Assembly (NCBI GenBank): GCA_965287045.1
Contig: OZ336878.1
Location: 33,418,001-33,482,000 of the forward strand
Direction of reading: 5' to 3'
Origin: Carcharhinus amblyrhynchos
Lineage: Eukaryota
DNA: 64,000 bases
Shown: positions 38,973 through 49,615 of the stretch, piece after piece
Layout: each line of letters opens with the position of its first letter
How positions within the stretch are numbered: the stretch's first letter is position 1
Notes under the pieces: model-generated
Databases searched by the model: none
What the model was told of the DNA's origin: nothing
What the model saw: the letters and a program-made list of their open reading frames with translations, nothing else
Made by a program: the position numbers and the translations under genes

Positions 38973-39265
38973 TCATAGAATCGCTACAATGTGGAAGGGG
39001 GCCATTTGGCCCATCGAGCCTGCACTGACAACAAACCCACCCAGGTCCTATCCCCGTAACCCAATGTATTTACCCTGCTAATCCCCCTGATATTAAGGGA
39101 CAATTTAGCATGGCCAATCAACCTAACCCACACATCTTTGGACTGTTGGAGGAAGCTGGAGCATCCAGAGGGAACCCATGCAGACATGGGGAGAATGTGC
39201 AAATACCACACAGTCACCCGAGGCCGGAGCTGAACCTGGGTTTCTGGCCACTTTGCCACCATGTT
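38973..39265 (-). mobile_element. HE1/V-SINE (tail type a)
   Basis: catagaatcgctacaatgtgg tail and V-domain, with a partly deleted head. Confidence 0.87.
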
Positions 39266-39548
39266 GTCCAGAATATCTATCTCCCTTAGTATCTAAGAGA
39301 TTTTAAAATCATTCCCATTTTATCATACATTTATTACTACTTTCTGTCAGAATAGAAGCAGGACACAATGATTAGGTTTAAATAATGATTTTTGTTGGTG
39401 GCCCTTTCATTTTGCTTCTGTTTTGGTATGACCATTTAGTCATTCACTTTGACTGGAGAACTGAGTCCAAAGAAATCCATGACAAATTTTTCAAAAGCTT
39501 TCGTGGGATCTGAGTGCTGCTGGTTAGGCCAGCATTTATTGTCCATCC

Positions 39549-40332
39549 ACATCATATTGCAGATGCAGTATAATGCAGATAAATGTGAGATTATCCACTT
39601 TGGTAGTAAAAATAGGAAGGTAGATTATTATTTGAATGAGCGTAAATTGAGAGAGATGGATACATAGTGCATCAGTCATTGAAAGTAAGCACGCATGTAT
39701 AGCAGGCAGTAAAGAAGGCAAATGGCATGTTGGCCTTCATAATGAGAGGAATAGAGATGTTTTACTGCAATTGTATAGGGTGTTGCTGAGGCTACGCCTG
39801 AAGCAGTCTGTGCACTTTTTGTGTCCTTATCTGAGGAAGGATGTTCTTGCTATAGAGGGAGCACAGCAAAGGTTTACCAGACTGATCCCTGGGATGGGAA
39901 GTCCATCATATAAGGAGAGACTAAATCAGTTAGGGTTATAGTCATTGGAATTTAGAAGACCAAGAGGGGATCTCATAGAAACTTATATAATTCTAATAGG
40001 ATTAGACGAGGTGGATTCAGAAAGAGTGTTCCCAATGGTGGCGGAGTTCAGAACAAGGATCATAGTTTGAGGATAAGGAGTCAACCTTTTAGGACTGAGG
40101 TGAGGAGAAATATTTTCAGAGTGGTGAATTTGTGCAATTCCTACCTCAGAGTGTAGTTGAGACCAATGCGTTGAGTGATTTCAAGAAGGATCTTGGGATC
40201 AAGGGATGTGAAAGGAAGGCAGGATTAGGATATTGAACCTGATGATCAGTCATGATCATAATGAATGGTGGAGCAGGCTCCAGGGACCAAATGGCCTTCT
40301 CCTGCTTCTATTTTCTATGTATGTTTCTATGT
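39549..40332 (+). mobile_element. 5'-truncated CR1 LINE inserted into the tail of a minus-strand LINE (about 39490-40555)
   Basis: QMQYNADKCEIIHFGSKNRK motif, ttctatgt tail, and ATCC duplicated at 39545-48 and 40333-36. Confidence 0.88.
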
Positions 40333-41168
40333 ATCCCTAATTGGCCTTGAGAAGCTGGTAGTGAGCTGTCTTATTGAACTACTCCAGGCCATGTGTTGTT
40401 GGAACACCCACAGTGCTGTTCAGGAGGGGGTTCCAAGATTTTGACCCAGTGAAGGAGTGGTGATAGAGTTCCAAGTTGGGATGGTGTGTGACTTAGAGGG
40501 GAACTCAGAGGTAGCAAAGTTTCAGTGCACTTACTGCCCTTGTCCTTTGTAAATGTGAAATGTTTTTCCAATAGTGATTAACTGCAGAAGAAGGGAGCAC
40601 AGACAATAAACCATACTGCTGTTTCAGGATAGCAGCATTAAATTAGGTTTCATGTAATTCAAAGGAAATAAGTATCTTTGGTTCAGTTCATGATAATGTC
40701 ATCTCAGGTGTTGGCTAAAGCCTTGCCTGGAGGACTGGAGTTCAGGCTTAGACACCCTTGTGGAGTGTTAGAATTTCATTACATTATTGAGGTGATGTGT
40801 CCACCATGATCTGGACCTGCTTTTTTTGGGAGTGGCAGGTGTCAGGACAATAAGGTGTCAAGACAATAACCGGTTAAATTATATAGCTTCAATGAGACCA
40901 AATATAAAGGGGTAAACGTGTTAACCAATGCCCAAGCAAAGATAATTGAAAGGTGAGGCAGTGACAGTGTTGGTTAACAATTTCTATTACTAACTTCTCT
41001 CCCTCTTGTGGGTGAGATGTTTTGTCTCATGTGTTGGGCTACTTTTGATCAAACTCTGCCTCGAATAATATGTTTGATCCAGTGCACAGCCTTAAGGATG
41101 TCAAATGATTGAGAAACGCCAATGCATTCCAGTGCTTGGCTAAGCAAAACGGCTGCAAATAAAGAGAT

Positions 41169-41535
41169 GATGTGGAGATGCTGGCGTTGGATTGGGGTGG
41201 GCACAGTAAGACGTCTCACAACATTTGGTAGTGCGAGCTTTCAGAGCGCTGCCTCTCCATCAGGTGATTGGGAGTTGGGTTCACAAACAGGACACCAACT
41301 CAATTACAAGATAATGATTAGAATGTGAATCCTAACAGGTAATCAAGTCTTCACAGATACAGACAATGTGAGTGGAGAGAGGGTTAAGCACAGGTTAAAG
41401 AGGTGTGAATTGTCTCCAGCCAGGACAGTTAGTGAGATTTTGCAAGCCCAGGCAAGTCATGGGGGTTACAGATAGTGTGACATGACCCAAGATCCCAGTT
41501 GAGGCTGTCCTCATGTGTGCGGAACTTGGCTATCA
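41169..41535 (-). mobile_element. Penelope-like element 3' end (ORF end and pseudo-LTR with a degenerate hammerhead core)
   Basis: Minus-strand IAKFRTHEDSLNWDLG. Terminus ...ccaacgccagcatctccacatc is shared with 23520-23543. Confidence 0.72.
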
Positions 41536-41984
41536 ATATAATCCATATAAAGAAAAGGGTTCCAATCTAATATATATAGAACAGGCCTAAGGTGAATACT
41601 GTGATTGCTCCAGAGGCTGTCTGAGATCTGAACAGTGCACTGTCAAAAGCCATTTACCAATGGTTATTTTCCCTGGGCTTTTAATCTTTCTTGGAAATAT
41701 CCTAGGTGTTTTTGCATTTCTTCACATAGAAGCAATTGGCCAGAACAGGCAGAGCAAAAAGTCAGTTTGGTAGCATAATGCATTCTTCAAACTTTATCCT
41801 TTACCACAATAATCACCCATGTGAGAACTGTGGACCGGGTGGTCACATGGATGCTGTGGCACCATTAAGGGTCATGTGTGGGTAGTATGGGACTTCTCCC
41901 CAGAGCGCAGGCAGACATGTAAGAGCTGGACTTAATAAACTGCTGTTGTTCTTCTAAGGAGAAAGTAGCCAATAAAAAGGAACT

Positions 41985-42188
41985 TGCTGCCCCATAGTGC
42001 AGTGGAGTCTGAATCGTTGAATGGTTTCAAGGAGGAGATAGACATATTTCTAATAAAAAGGGATATGGGGAACATGTAGAGAGGTGGATTTGAGACCAGG
42101 GACAGATCTGTTATGATCTGATTGAATGACGGAGCAGGCTTGGAGGGTTGAATTTGCCTACTTCTGCTCCTAATTCCTATGTTCTTAT
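41985..42188 (+). mobile_element. CR1 LINE 3' end
   Basis: gcagtggagtctgaatcgttgaatggtttcaagg...tctgctcctaattcctatgttcttat. Confidence 0.78.
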
Positions 42189-44212
42189 CAATCAAATGGG
42201 ATTGTTTAGTCCATTTGTACTCAGAATGTAAGTTTCTAGAATTTGTTTTTTTTTTGCTTAGCAAGTGAGGATGCCAATGGCTCAGATTAAAACAATTAAT
42301 CCATTTTGAATGCCCAGTATCAGTGTCAAGGACCTCTAGGTTAGATATGACACAGAATATACATGGAAAAAAATTCTGTGCGAATGCCCAAAAATATACT
42401 GATATCCAAGCCTTAAGAGTGCTTAATCCTGTGCAATGCACTTTCTGCCATTTCTTCTAATACGCATCCACTTGGCTTTTCTGAACAAGATTGCCAGTTT
42501 AATGCTGGGCTGTGTCAAGATTCAGGCAAATTCATGCTGCCGGCCCATGAGGAGAGCACATCAATCAATTTAAAGCAAGATTCTTACAGTGATTTAAAAT
42601 GCAGAGTTGACACAGAACAGAAAGATAGAACAGGTGCAGAGGATTGGGAAACATGAACCACAATCAAACCAAATTAATACCAATGCTCGAATAAGTCAGT
42701 CAGGATGGTGAAGCCAGGTTACAAATAGTTTTTGCCAAGGCTCTCCCTGTTTACAATACATCATTTTCTGTGCATTGTTGCATCTGACAAATGAATCTCT
42801 TCAATCACTGCCAATAACAGATACAATTCTGAAGCATTGGGAATGGGAGGCAGCCAACTACACTTTTCTGCAGCAACTATAATCAAAGATGACACTTGGA
42901 AATTGGGTTCACTTGTAACTATAAAATGTTTTCACTTTACTCAGTCTTTTTAAAAACCTTTTAAAGTCAACTTTCTGCTCAACAGAATGAGGATCTCAGA
43001 TTTGAACATCAGCCATAAGCATCACAGGCTGGAGGTCATGCTCCTTCTACTCTGCGTACCTCATCTCCAAGTTCAAAGCACCATTACAGTAGCCCAATAG
43101 GAACTGGTTCAAGGTTGTTCAAACTCACTTCATAGCTGATCCTTAAGCCAACAGGCAAAGGAGGTGTTCATCTTTGAACTCTGAATGCAGATCCCAAAGG
43201 TGAAAAGCCAAAGTACAATCCACAACATTGGATCGATCTTTTAACGGAATTTATGGTAAATAGCAACTCAATCTCTGAAATCATCTTGCTAAGTTCCTGA
43301 TCAGCTGTTGCACTATCTACCTTGGATGACAGTACAGCCATAGTGGAAGAATCCAAGCAACAAATGCTTAAGCCACGGAAATGCAAGTGGGCTGGGCAAG
43401 AAATTACCTAGGAAGTATTTCAATCATTACTGCCTTACTCTCAGACATGCATTCTAAATAGTAATTGAAACGACCCTGGAGGTTGAGGCACAATGTGTAC
43501 AGCCACAGCTGGAGAGCACTGTAGGCTGAAAAGGAGGAAAAGAATCACTAAATCCTTCATGGAATCTGCAGAATCTATTGCATACGTTTCAACAATCTTA
43601 GTTTAACGGCATGTTGCCAAAGTAATTAATTTTCCCAGTTTCAAAGCCTTTTGGAAATTTGATGTTATCCCAGGCCTTCCAAGGTTGTTGCTGTTTTAAT
43701 TTTTTTAAAATTCCTCTTCCATTTTCTCAATCATAACCATTTCTCTTTACCTTTTAGCTTGATTGGTTAATTTAGTATTTCGGAATCCTGAGGGCCTCTT
43801 TAACACACCATTACCTCAAAATGAGAACCGCCTTGTAGATAAACATCCCGACACACATTTTACAAGAGCAGCCAATTCGCATAGCGATGGTGTTGCTATA
43901 GACACCAAAAATGTAGTAAACTCGCTAGGAAAAACTATTTTTGAAACTTTGCCACCGTAGTATGGAGATATTCCTGGCAGGGACTTCAAGGTGAGAAGGT
44001 TTGGGGCTGGTCATTTTATATGATGAAATTTTAGATGTGGTTTTTCCCTCATCAAGGGAACATGTCCAAACAAAAAAATTAAAGCCTCATTTCAGATGAA
44101 AGCAGCTGAATTAGTTAAAAGAGGAAACAGAATGGAATAGCTGGGAAAGTTTGTGGATTTTGAAAGCCAACCAACTCCCAATTTGAAAAGTCATGAAGGT
44201 GACTTTCCCTCC

Positions 44213-44520
44213 TTTTTTAAATACTCTTTCATAGGATGTGGGTGTCGCTGGCTGGGCTAGCATTTATTGCCCATCCCTGATTGCTCTGGGAGTGGGGGGT
44301 ATTCCTTTTGAAGAGTCTACCTCATTGCGGTGGATCTGGAGTCACATATAGGCCAAACTAAACAAGGATGGCAAATTTCCTTCCCTAAAGGGCATTGGTG
44401 AACCAGAAGAGTTTTGAGGCCATCACCATTTGCAGTGGTGGGATTTGAACCAGGGAGCATTACCCTGGATCACTAGAAAACCAACCCAGTGACAATACCA
44501 CTACACCATTACCTCCCCTA
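44213..44520 (-). mobile_element. tRNA-derived SINE, family B
   Basis: ggatgtgggtgtcgctggctgggctagcatttattgcccatccc...tttccttccctaaaggg. Confidence 0.8.
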
Positions 44521-44956
44521 CTATCTAAGGCAGGATCATTTCTGGTATAAAAGGAGCAAATCATGGGGTAGCAGGTTTTGCTTTCATTATCTTGCTAGTT
44601 GAACACATTTACCATTTTGGAGGTTGGTGCACCTTTTACCGGATTTTAGGTGAAATTCAGGAAAATCTGACATCCCATCTCCGTATGCCACCACTATGCC
44701 TTTCTTTGCACCAAAAGAATGAGGAATTCCAGGCTTTCGGTATAAATCTAATTATATCACTAGAAATTTTGGCTAGAAGAAATAATTTTACAATTCTGTG
44801 CTTCCTGTTGAAACCTTTTGGTGTAATGTTCACCGGTTTCGAAATGGCATTATGAAGGATGTAGACTTTGTGAAGGAATTCTGCAGATTTATGGCTTGCT
44901 TTCAGCTAGCAGACATAAAGGCACAATTGATTTGATCAAAGTGATTGGAGACTTAC

Positions 44957-45114
44957 AGACAGGATGGTGATTAGAATACCAGCAGCAGAAAGCACAGCAT
45001 CACTGATTGTTTCTCCATTCTTATAGGGATACTTGATGCTTTCGTCATTGCAGTAAAATCCACGCTTATAAGGTTTGATGGTGCTAGTTTCGATAACCAG
45101 GAAAGGGAGGCCAG
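44957..45114 (-). CDS. PLPP3: PLPP3 canonical coding exon 2, (A)[52 protein letters not shown] (end of TM1, extracellular loop 1, TM2)
   Basis: Close match to remembered human LPP3 [42 protein letters not shown]. Acceptor ttctattAG and donor GTAAGT. 158 bp, phase 1 to 0. Confidence 0.97.
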
Positions 45115-46142
45115 CTAATAGAAAGGACGACAACAGACACAGACAAAGCAAGAGTAAGTAACAGAGACGACAAACAGCTTAGGGGCACAACTGCTTCAAC
45201 AGAGTAAAATGTGGCATTGCAAGAAAAAATTCCATTCACTAATTCCAAGGTTCCCCTTCCCATCCCATTTACTCTTCCAAACCTCATGGTGCACTCATAA
45301 ATCGTGCATTATAGATGGTAGAAATTGTTAGAATTACCCCCAAAATGCCTGTTGTTTCACTTGTACGATGGGATGATCAAGCCACCTAAAGTTTGATGCT
45401 CAAAAAAAAGATTAATTCATACATTTTTATTTGCACACTATTTGTAAAACATTTTTAATGGCAAAAATATGCATGAAGTCAATTATTAGTAATTTCAGTA
45501 GAATTTATTCTGTTTAGATTGTAATGAGACTAGTTTGTCACATGTTTAGTTGTGGATTGAAGATTCCCTGCTGATGGGAATTAATATGTAAACAGAGGGA
45601 AATCCTTCAATAGTAATTGTCTTGTAATTAGTATTGTAACTAATCACACAGATTTACAAAGGCTGTAAGTGCATGAGCAGACCTGACACCTCAATTAATC
45701 CTCTAATCCCTAATAACTCTTTGAAACACTTGCATAATTCTTCATTTCTTCACTTCATTTGATCCCCACCTCATTTTTTTGACACTTCCTTTTCACTAGC
45801 TATTTTATACATTTCTTTTTCGCTCCACTTGTTTTTTTAAATATAGAACTCTGCTTAATGATGTACATATGACAGGAAAGGGCTTTGCCCTTTCATGGGA
45901 CATGGGTTAAACCCTGATATGAAGATGATATAAGCCTCCCCTTATCCCTTTCTGTGCCTTTCAGAACAGTGAGATCACTGTGGAGTCCAAAAGGCATTGC
46001 TGGTGTTGGAAGCTAAAAATATTCCTCTGATGCCATAATAAACACACTTTTGAGATTGGGGTTCCCAAATATTTTTTGTGTGCATGTGATTGTTAAAACT
46101 AAATTGTGTTTTTGATTTCCTCAGGAGGAAATCACAGAAACT

Positions 46143-46465
46143 GGCTGGTACAGTGGCGCAGTGGTTAGCACTGCTGCCTCACAGCTCCAGGGACCTGGGT
46201 TCAATTCCAGCCTTGGGTGACTATGTGTATGGAGTTTGCATGTTTGCGCAGTGTCTCCCACAGTCCAAAAATGTGCAGGTTAGGTGGACTGGCTAGGTTA
46301 AATTGCCCCTTGTTGTCCAAAAATGTGCAGATTAAATGGATCAGGCATGGTAAATGTGTGGGGTTACAGGATTAAGGCAGGGGGACAGGACCTGAGTAGG
46401 ATATTCTGTCAGAGGGTCGGTATAGACTCAATTGGGCCGAATGGCCTCTGTAGGGATTCTATGAA
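46143..46465 (+). mobile_element. HE1/V-SINE (tail type a) in the intron between the two exon-2 variants
   Basis: gcagtggttagcactgctgcctcacagctccagggacctgggttcaattcc...gggccgaatggcctctgtagggattctatga. Confidence 0.9.
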
Positions 46466-46656
46466 ATTACTGAATAACATATAGACTTCCAGGGATTAGG
46501 CTTGACCACCATCTCAAGTTGTTCAACTAAAAGAACCTCCGTGATGCTCGTTAAAATATATGGAGCACAGTCCACTGAACTGCCAAGATTCGGAGCATCC
46601 ATCAAGAAAAGAATGACTGTCAAGAAGCGCCACATTTCACTTTGTCTTGGCTTGGC

Positions 46657-46662
46657 CATGCA
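46657..46662 (-). promoter_or_regulatory. RBFOX-type splicing element UGCAUG at +20 of the intron after the alternative exon 2
   Basis: Minus strand reads GTAAGTTTATATCTGCTGG-TGCATG from the donor. Function is inferred from position only. Confidence 0.45.
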
Positions 46663-46681
46663 CCAGCAGATATAAACTTAC

Positions 46682-46836
46682 ACAAGCAATTGGCAGTAGT
46701 GTTCCCACTGCTAAGAGCAGGAGATTGGGTACCACACTTTTCTTATAGCTGTACTTGATGCTGTCGTCATCGCAGTAAAACCCTCTTTGATAGGGAGAGA
46801 TGCCTGCAACATTTATAACTGCAGCTGGAAGAATAA
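46682..46836 (-). CDS. PLPP3: Putative alternative (mutually exclusive) exon 2 of PLPP3, encoding (V)ILPAAVINVAGISPYQRGFYCDDDSIKYSYKKSVVPNLLLLAVGTLLPIAC
   Basis: Acceptor ...tctgttcAG (CT at 46837-38 on +) and donor GTAAGT (acttac at 46676-81). 155 bp, phase 1 start and phase 0 end as in the canonical exon 2, no stops. Shares the PYxRGFYCxDxSIKYxYK motif with the canonical exon. Confidence 0.82.
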
Positions 46837-47771
46837 CTGAACAGATAAAGAAATAAACGTGAGTGTTACAAATCTGCTGATCAGATTCCAAACCAACAGA
46901 GAGACCCATCCAGGTTGGATCTGTAACTACGACATGGTTTGATTTTGTTTTAAATTAAAAGTTGCAATATTATACCTTGCGGCAAAGCAATGAATTCCAT
47001 GGCTGACAATGAATTAGGTTAATTTAACCTAATGCAGGAGACAGCACATAATAAAGGCCCAGCATCACCAGCATTTTTTGTTACAAATTTGTACTGCACA
47101 ATTAACCCACTTGGCGGGATAATGCCACTGCTGTGAAGTAACACTGTCACAGCATTCAATACCAATAACCATGGTAATAGGCTGTTCCACAAATCAAGTG
47201 AATGTCCTTTCCAAGGAAGGATTGTATGATGCTGCTGTGCCTTTTCCACAAATATTCCCGTTACGCATCCACTGCTTTTCCCATATTACCAATCATCCAT
47301 CCCTGTTGTAGATTGTCCAGCAGGCTTTGTAAAAACAACAGGCATTGCCACTGTTCCACCCAAAAAAAAACTTTATAACCAATAAAATGCTGAATCATGA
47401 TGTTTTGCTGTAGGTGTTACACATTTAAACCATTGTATGTCAACCAGCAAGACAGAGTGAACACAATTAAACCTGATCATAGTAATGGCAAAATGCAGCA
47501 GAACAGTATTTATGTCTGATTGCCTACAGTTCATTAAACTTTTACAAATCGGAACTAAATTCCAAAGGCAATCACACTCGAGTCTTCTGTACAATGATAT
47601 CAATAGTGCAAATGTGCCTTTCTAAAAAACTTTGAAGGCTTCAAATATTAACAATCTAACCAAAGCAAACATAATTTTTCTGAAGTAGTATGCAAATTTA
47701 TTGTTCCTTTTCAGGACATTGTTTACAGTCATGCAATGGGTAATCTAAAATGCTCCAAATGTACATTAACC

Positions 47772-47915
47772 CTGGTTAGGTGCATTGGCCATGCTAAATT
47801 CTCCCTCAGTGTACCTGAACAGGTGCCACAGTGTGGCGACTGGTGGATTTTCACAGTAACTTCACTGCAGTGTTAATGTATGCCTACTTGTGATGCTAAT
47901 CAATAAATTTTTTAA
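47772..47915 (+). mobile_element. HE1/V-SINE tail-b fragment
   Basis: ctggttaggtgcattggccatgctaaattctccctcagtgtacc...tgttaatgtatgcctacttgtga. Confidence 0.82.
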
Positions 47916-49427
47916 AAAACAACTCTCGTGAATGACCAGGAATGATTAACTTGAGAATTTAGACATTGAAGTGACAATGAAGTGACAAAGTTTACCAAAT
48001 TTGATTTTAAAAATTAGCCTTTGTTAAGATGCAGCATTAACTCAACCAATTCAGTCCTGCAGAATATTAGAGATCTCTTCCAGAAAACACAGGTTTTATA
48101 CAGCCTCTGACCTTGTGACCTCCCAAACGTTTTAATCAATGAGTGTTTAGATTTGACATTTCAAGAAAAATGCCTATGAGCCATTGTCATAATTCAGATG
48201 TGGAAACTCCTTGAACAACACTTTAAAAGGTTCATAAATCTCTAGATGAGAAAACTGGAACCTAAAAAGAACAGTTTGATTACAAGTAAGGCCACGTTTT
48301 ATCTTTTAGATAGCTTGACCTTTCTCCCACAATCGCATACCAGCAGACCTAATCTTGCTGTACTCCTCACCTCCATGTTTGTTGTCCAAATCAAACTCGC
48401 CAACACTCAATAAACAACTAACCTCAAAGCTTTAACAGAACAGGAAAAAAAACAGCACCTTGGGAGTTACATCTTAATGTTAAAAGTCTCCATCTCTAAT
48501 CCATTCCTTCTCTTGAATCTTTGATGACATCTTTTGCCTCATCACGCAGGTGCAGATCTTTACCAAATGCTCCCTTTTAAGGCACCAGGTTCCAGCAAAG
48601 ATAAGCATTTTCAAACCTTTACTTCACTCAGGGCAGACTTGTTGTTATCATATCTTATCATCTGGCTTGCAGTTAATACTGTTCATTCTTCATGGAACCA
48701 CAGTGGCTGATCAATCAGCTCTTTAGAGTACAAGGAATCTGAAACCCACCATTTCGCTGCAAACACAGACAAATGGGTCACCAATGGCTGGCATGTTTAG
48801 ATTGACTACAGCCTGCTCTTTCAATACTAACCTAAATAAGTGTCAGTGGGTGCAATGGGGTGACTTTCAGCTTTGGTTTAAATCCAGCCTGGAATAACAG
48901 GATGAAAATCTCCATCTTGTCTCAAACCAGTTTCTGCACAGGCCTATTACAGCTTTATGTATGCCATTAATTACCATGCGAGACCATGGATAGGGAAGTT
49001 TAGGAAACAGCCCAGTGCAGTAGAAGATGCTCTCCTGAGGTTGGGGTTCAGGCACATCTAATTTACCTGGGAGTGCCTAATGCTGACAATGGAATCCCAA
49101 GCTAAAATAACTGAACCAATCTTCAACTCTGATCTCATCATCTGAGAGTTTTGGACAAGGGATATGAGAGGTCATTTATGTGAAATGTTACTCACCAGAA
49201 ACAAATAAATCTTTGACCTACAGGCTGTGAGTTACATTGTTTGTTTCTAATATTTCAGCCATTTACAATGGTGAATAAAATTTTCCGTTATTCCCAGTAT
49301 TGTGATAGGTAGCAGGTAACTGTTCGAGTTGTATGTTCTGGGGACTTTTATATTCCTGTTTGAATCTGAGTCAAAGAATTACTGTTCAAATTTGGAGTTA
49401 GTTTTAAAGTAGCTTGGTAATATTGGG

Positions 49428-49615
49428 TCACAGAATTGCTACAGTGCAGAAAGAGGCCATTCGGCCCATTGTGGCTGCACCAGCTCTCCAAATGAACAAT
49501 TCAGTTAGTGCCATTTTCCTGCCCTCTCCCTATAACCATGCGCATTCTTCTCTTTCAGTCTAACTTCATTTTGAGTGCTTCGAATGAACCTGCCCCCACC
49601 ACACTCTCCGAAGTG
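49428..49615 (-). mobile_element. CR1 LINE 3' end fragment
   Basis: cacagaattgctacagtgcagaaagaggccattcggcccat. Confidence 0.65.

Noticed and set aside
48867-49055. Minus-strand ORF with FYC...YPW, superficially a third exon-2 copy
   Set aside because: Wrong spacing, no RG or SIKY, no hydrophobic TM2 and no matching splice phases. The region looks like an old SINE remnant.
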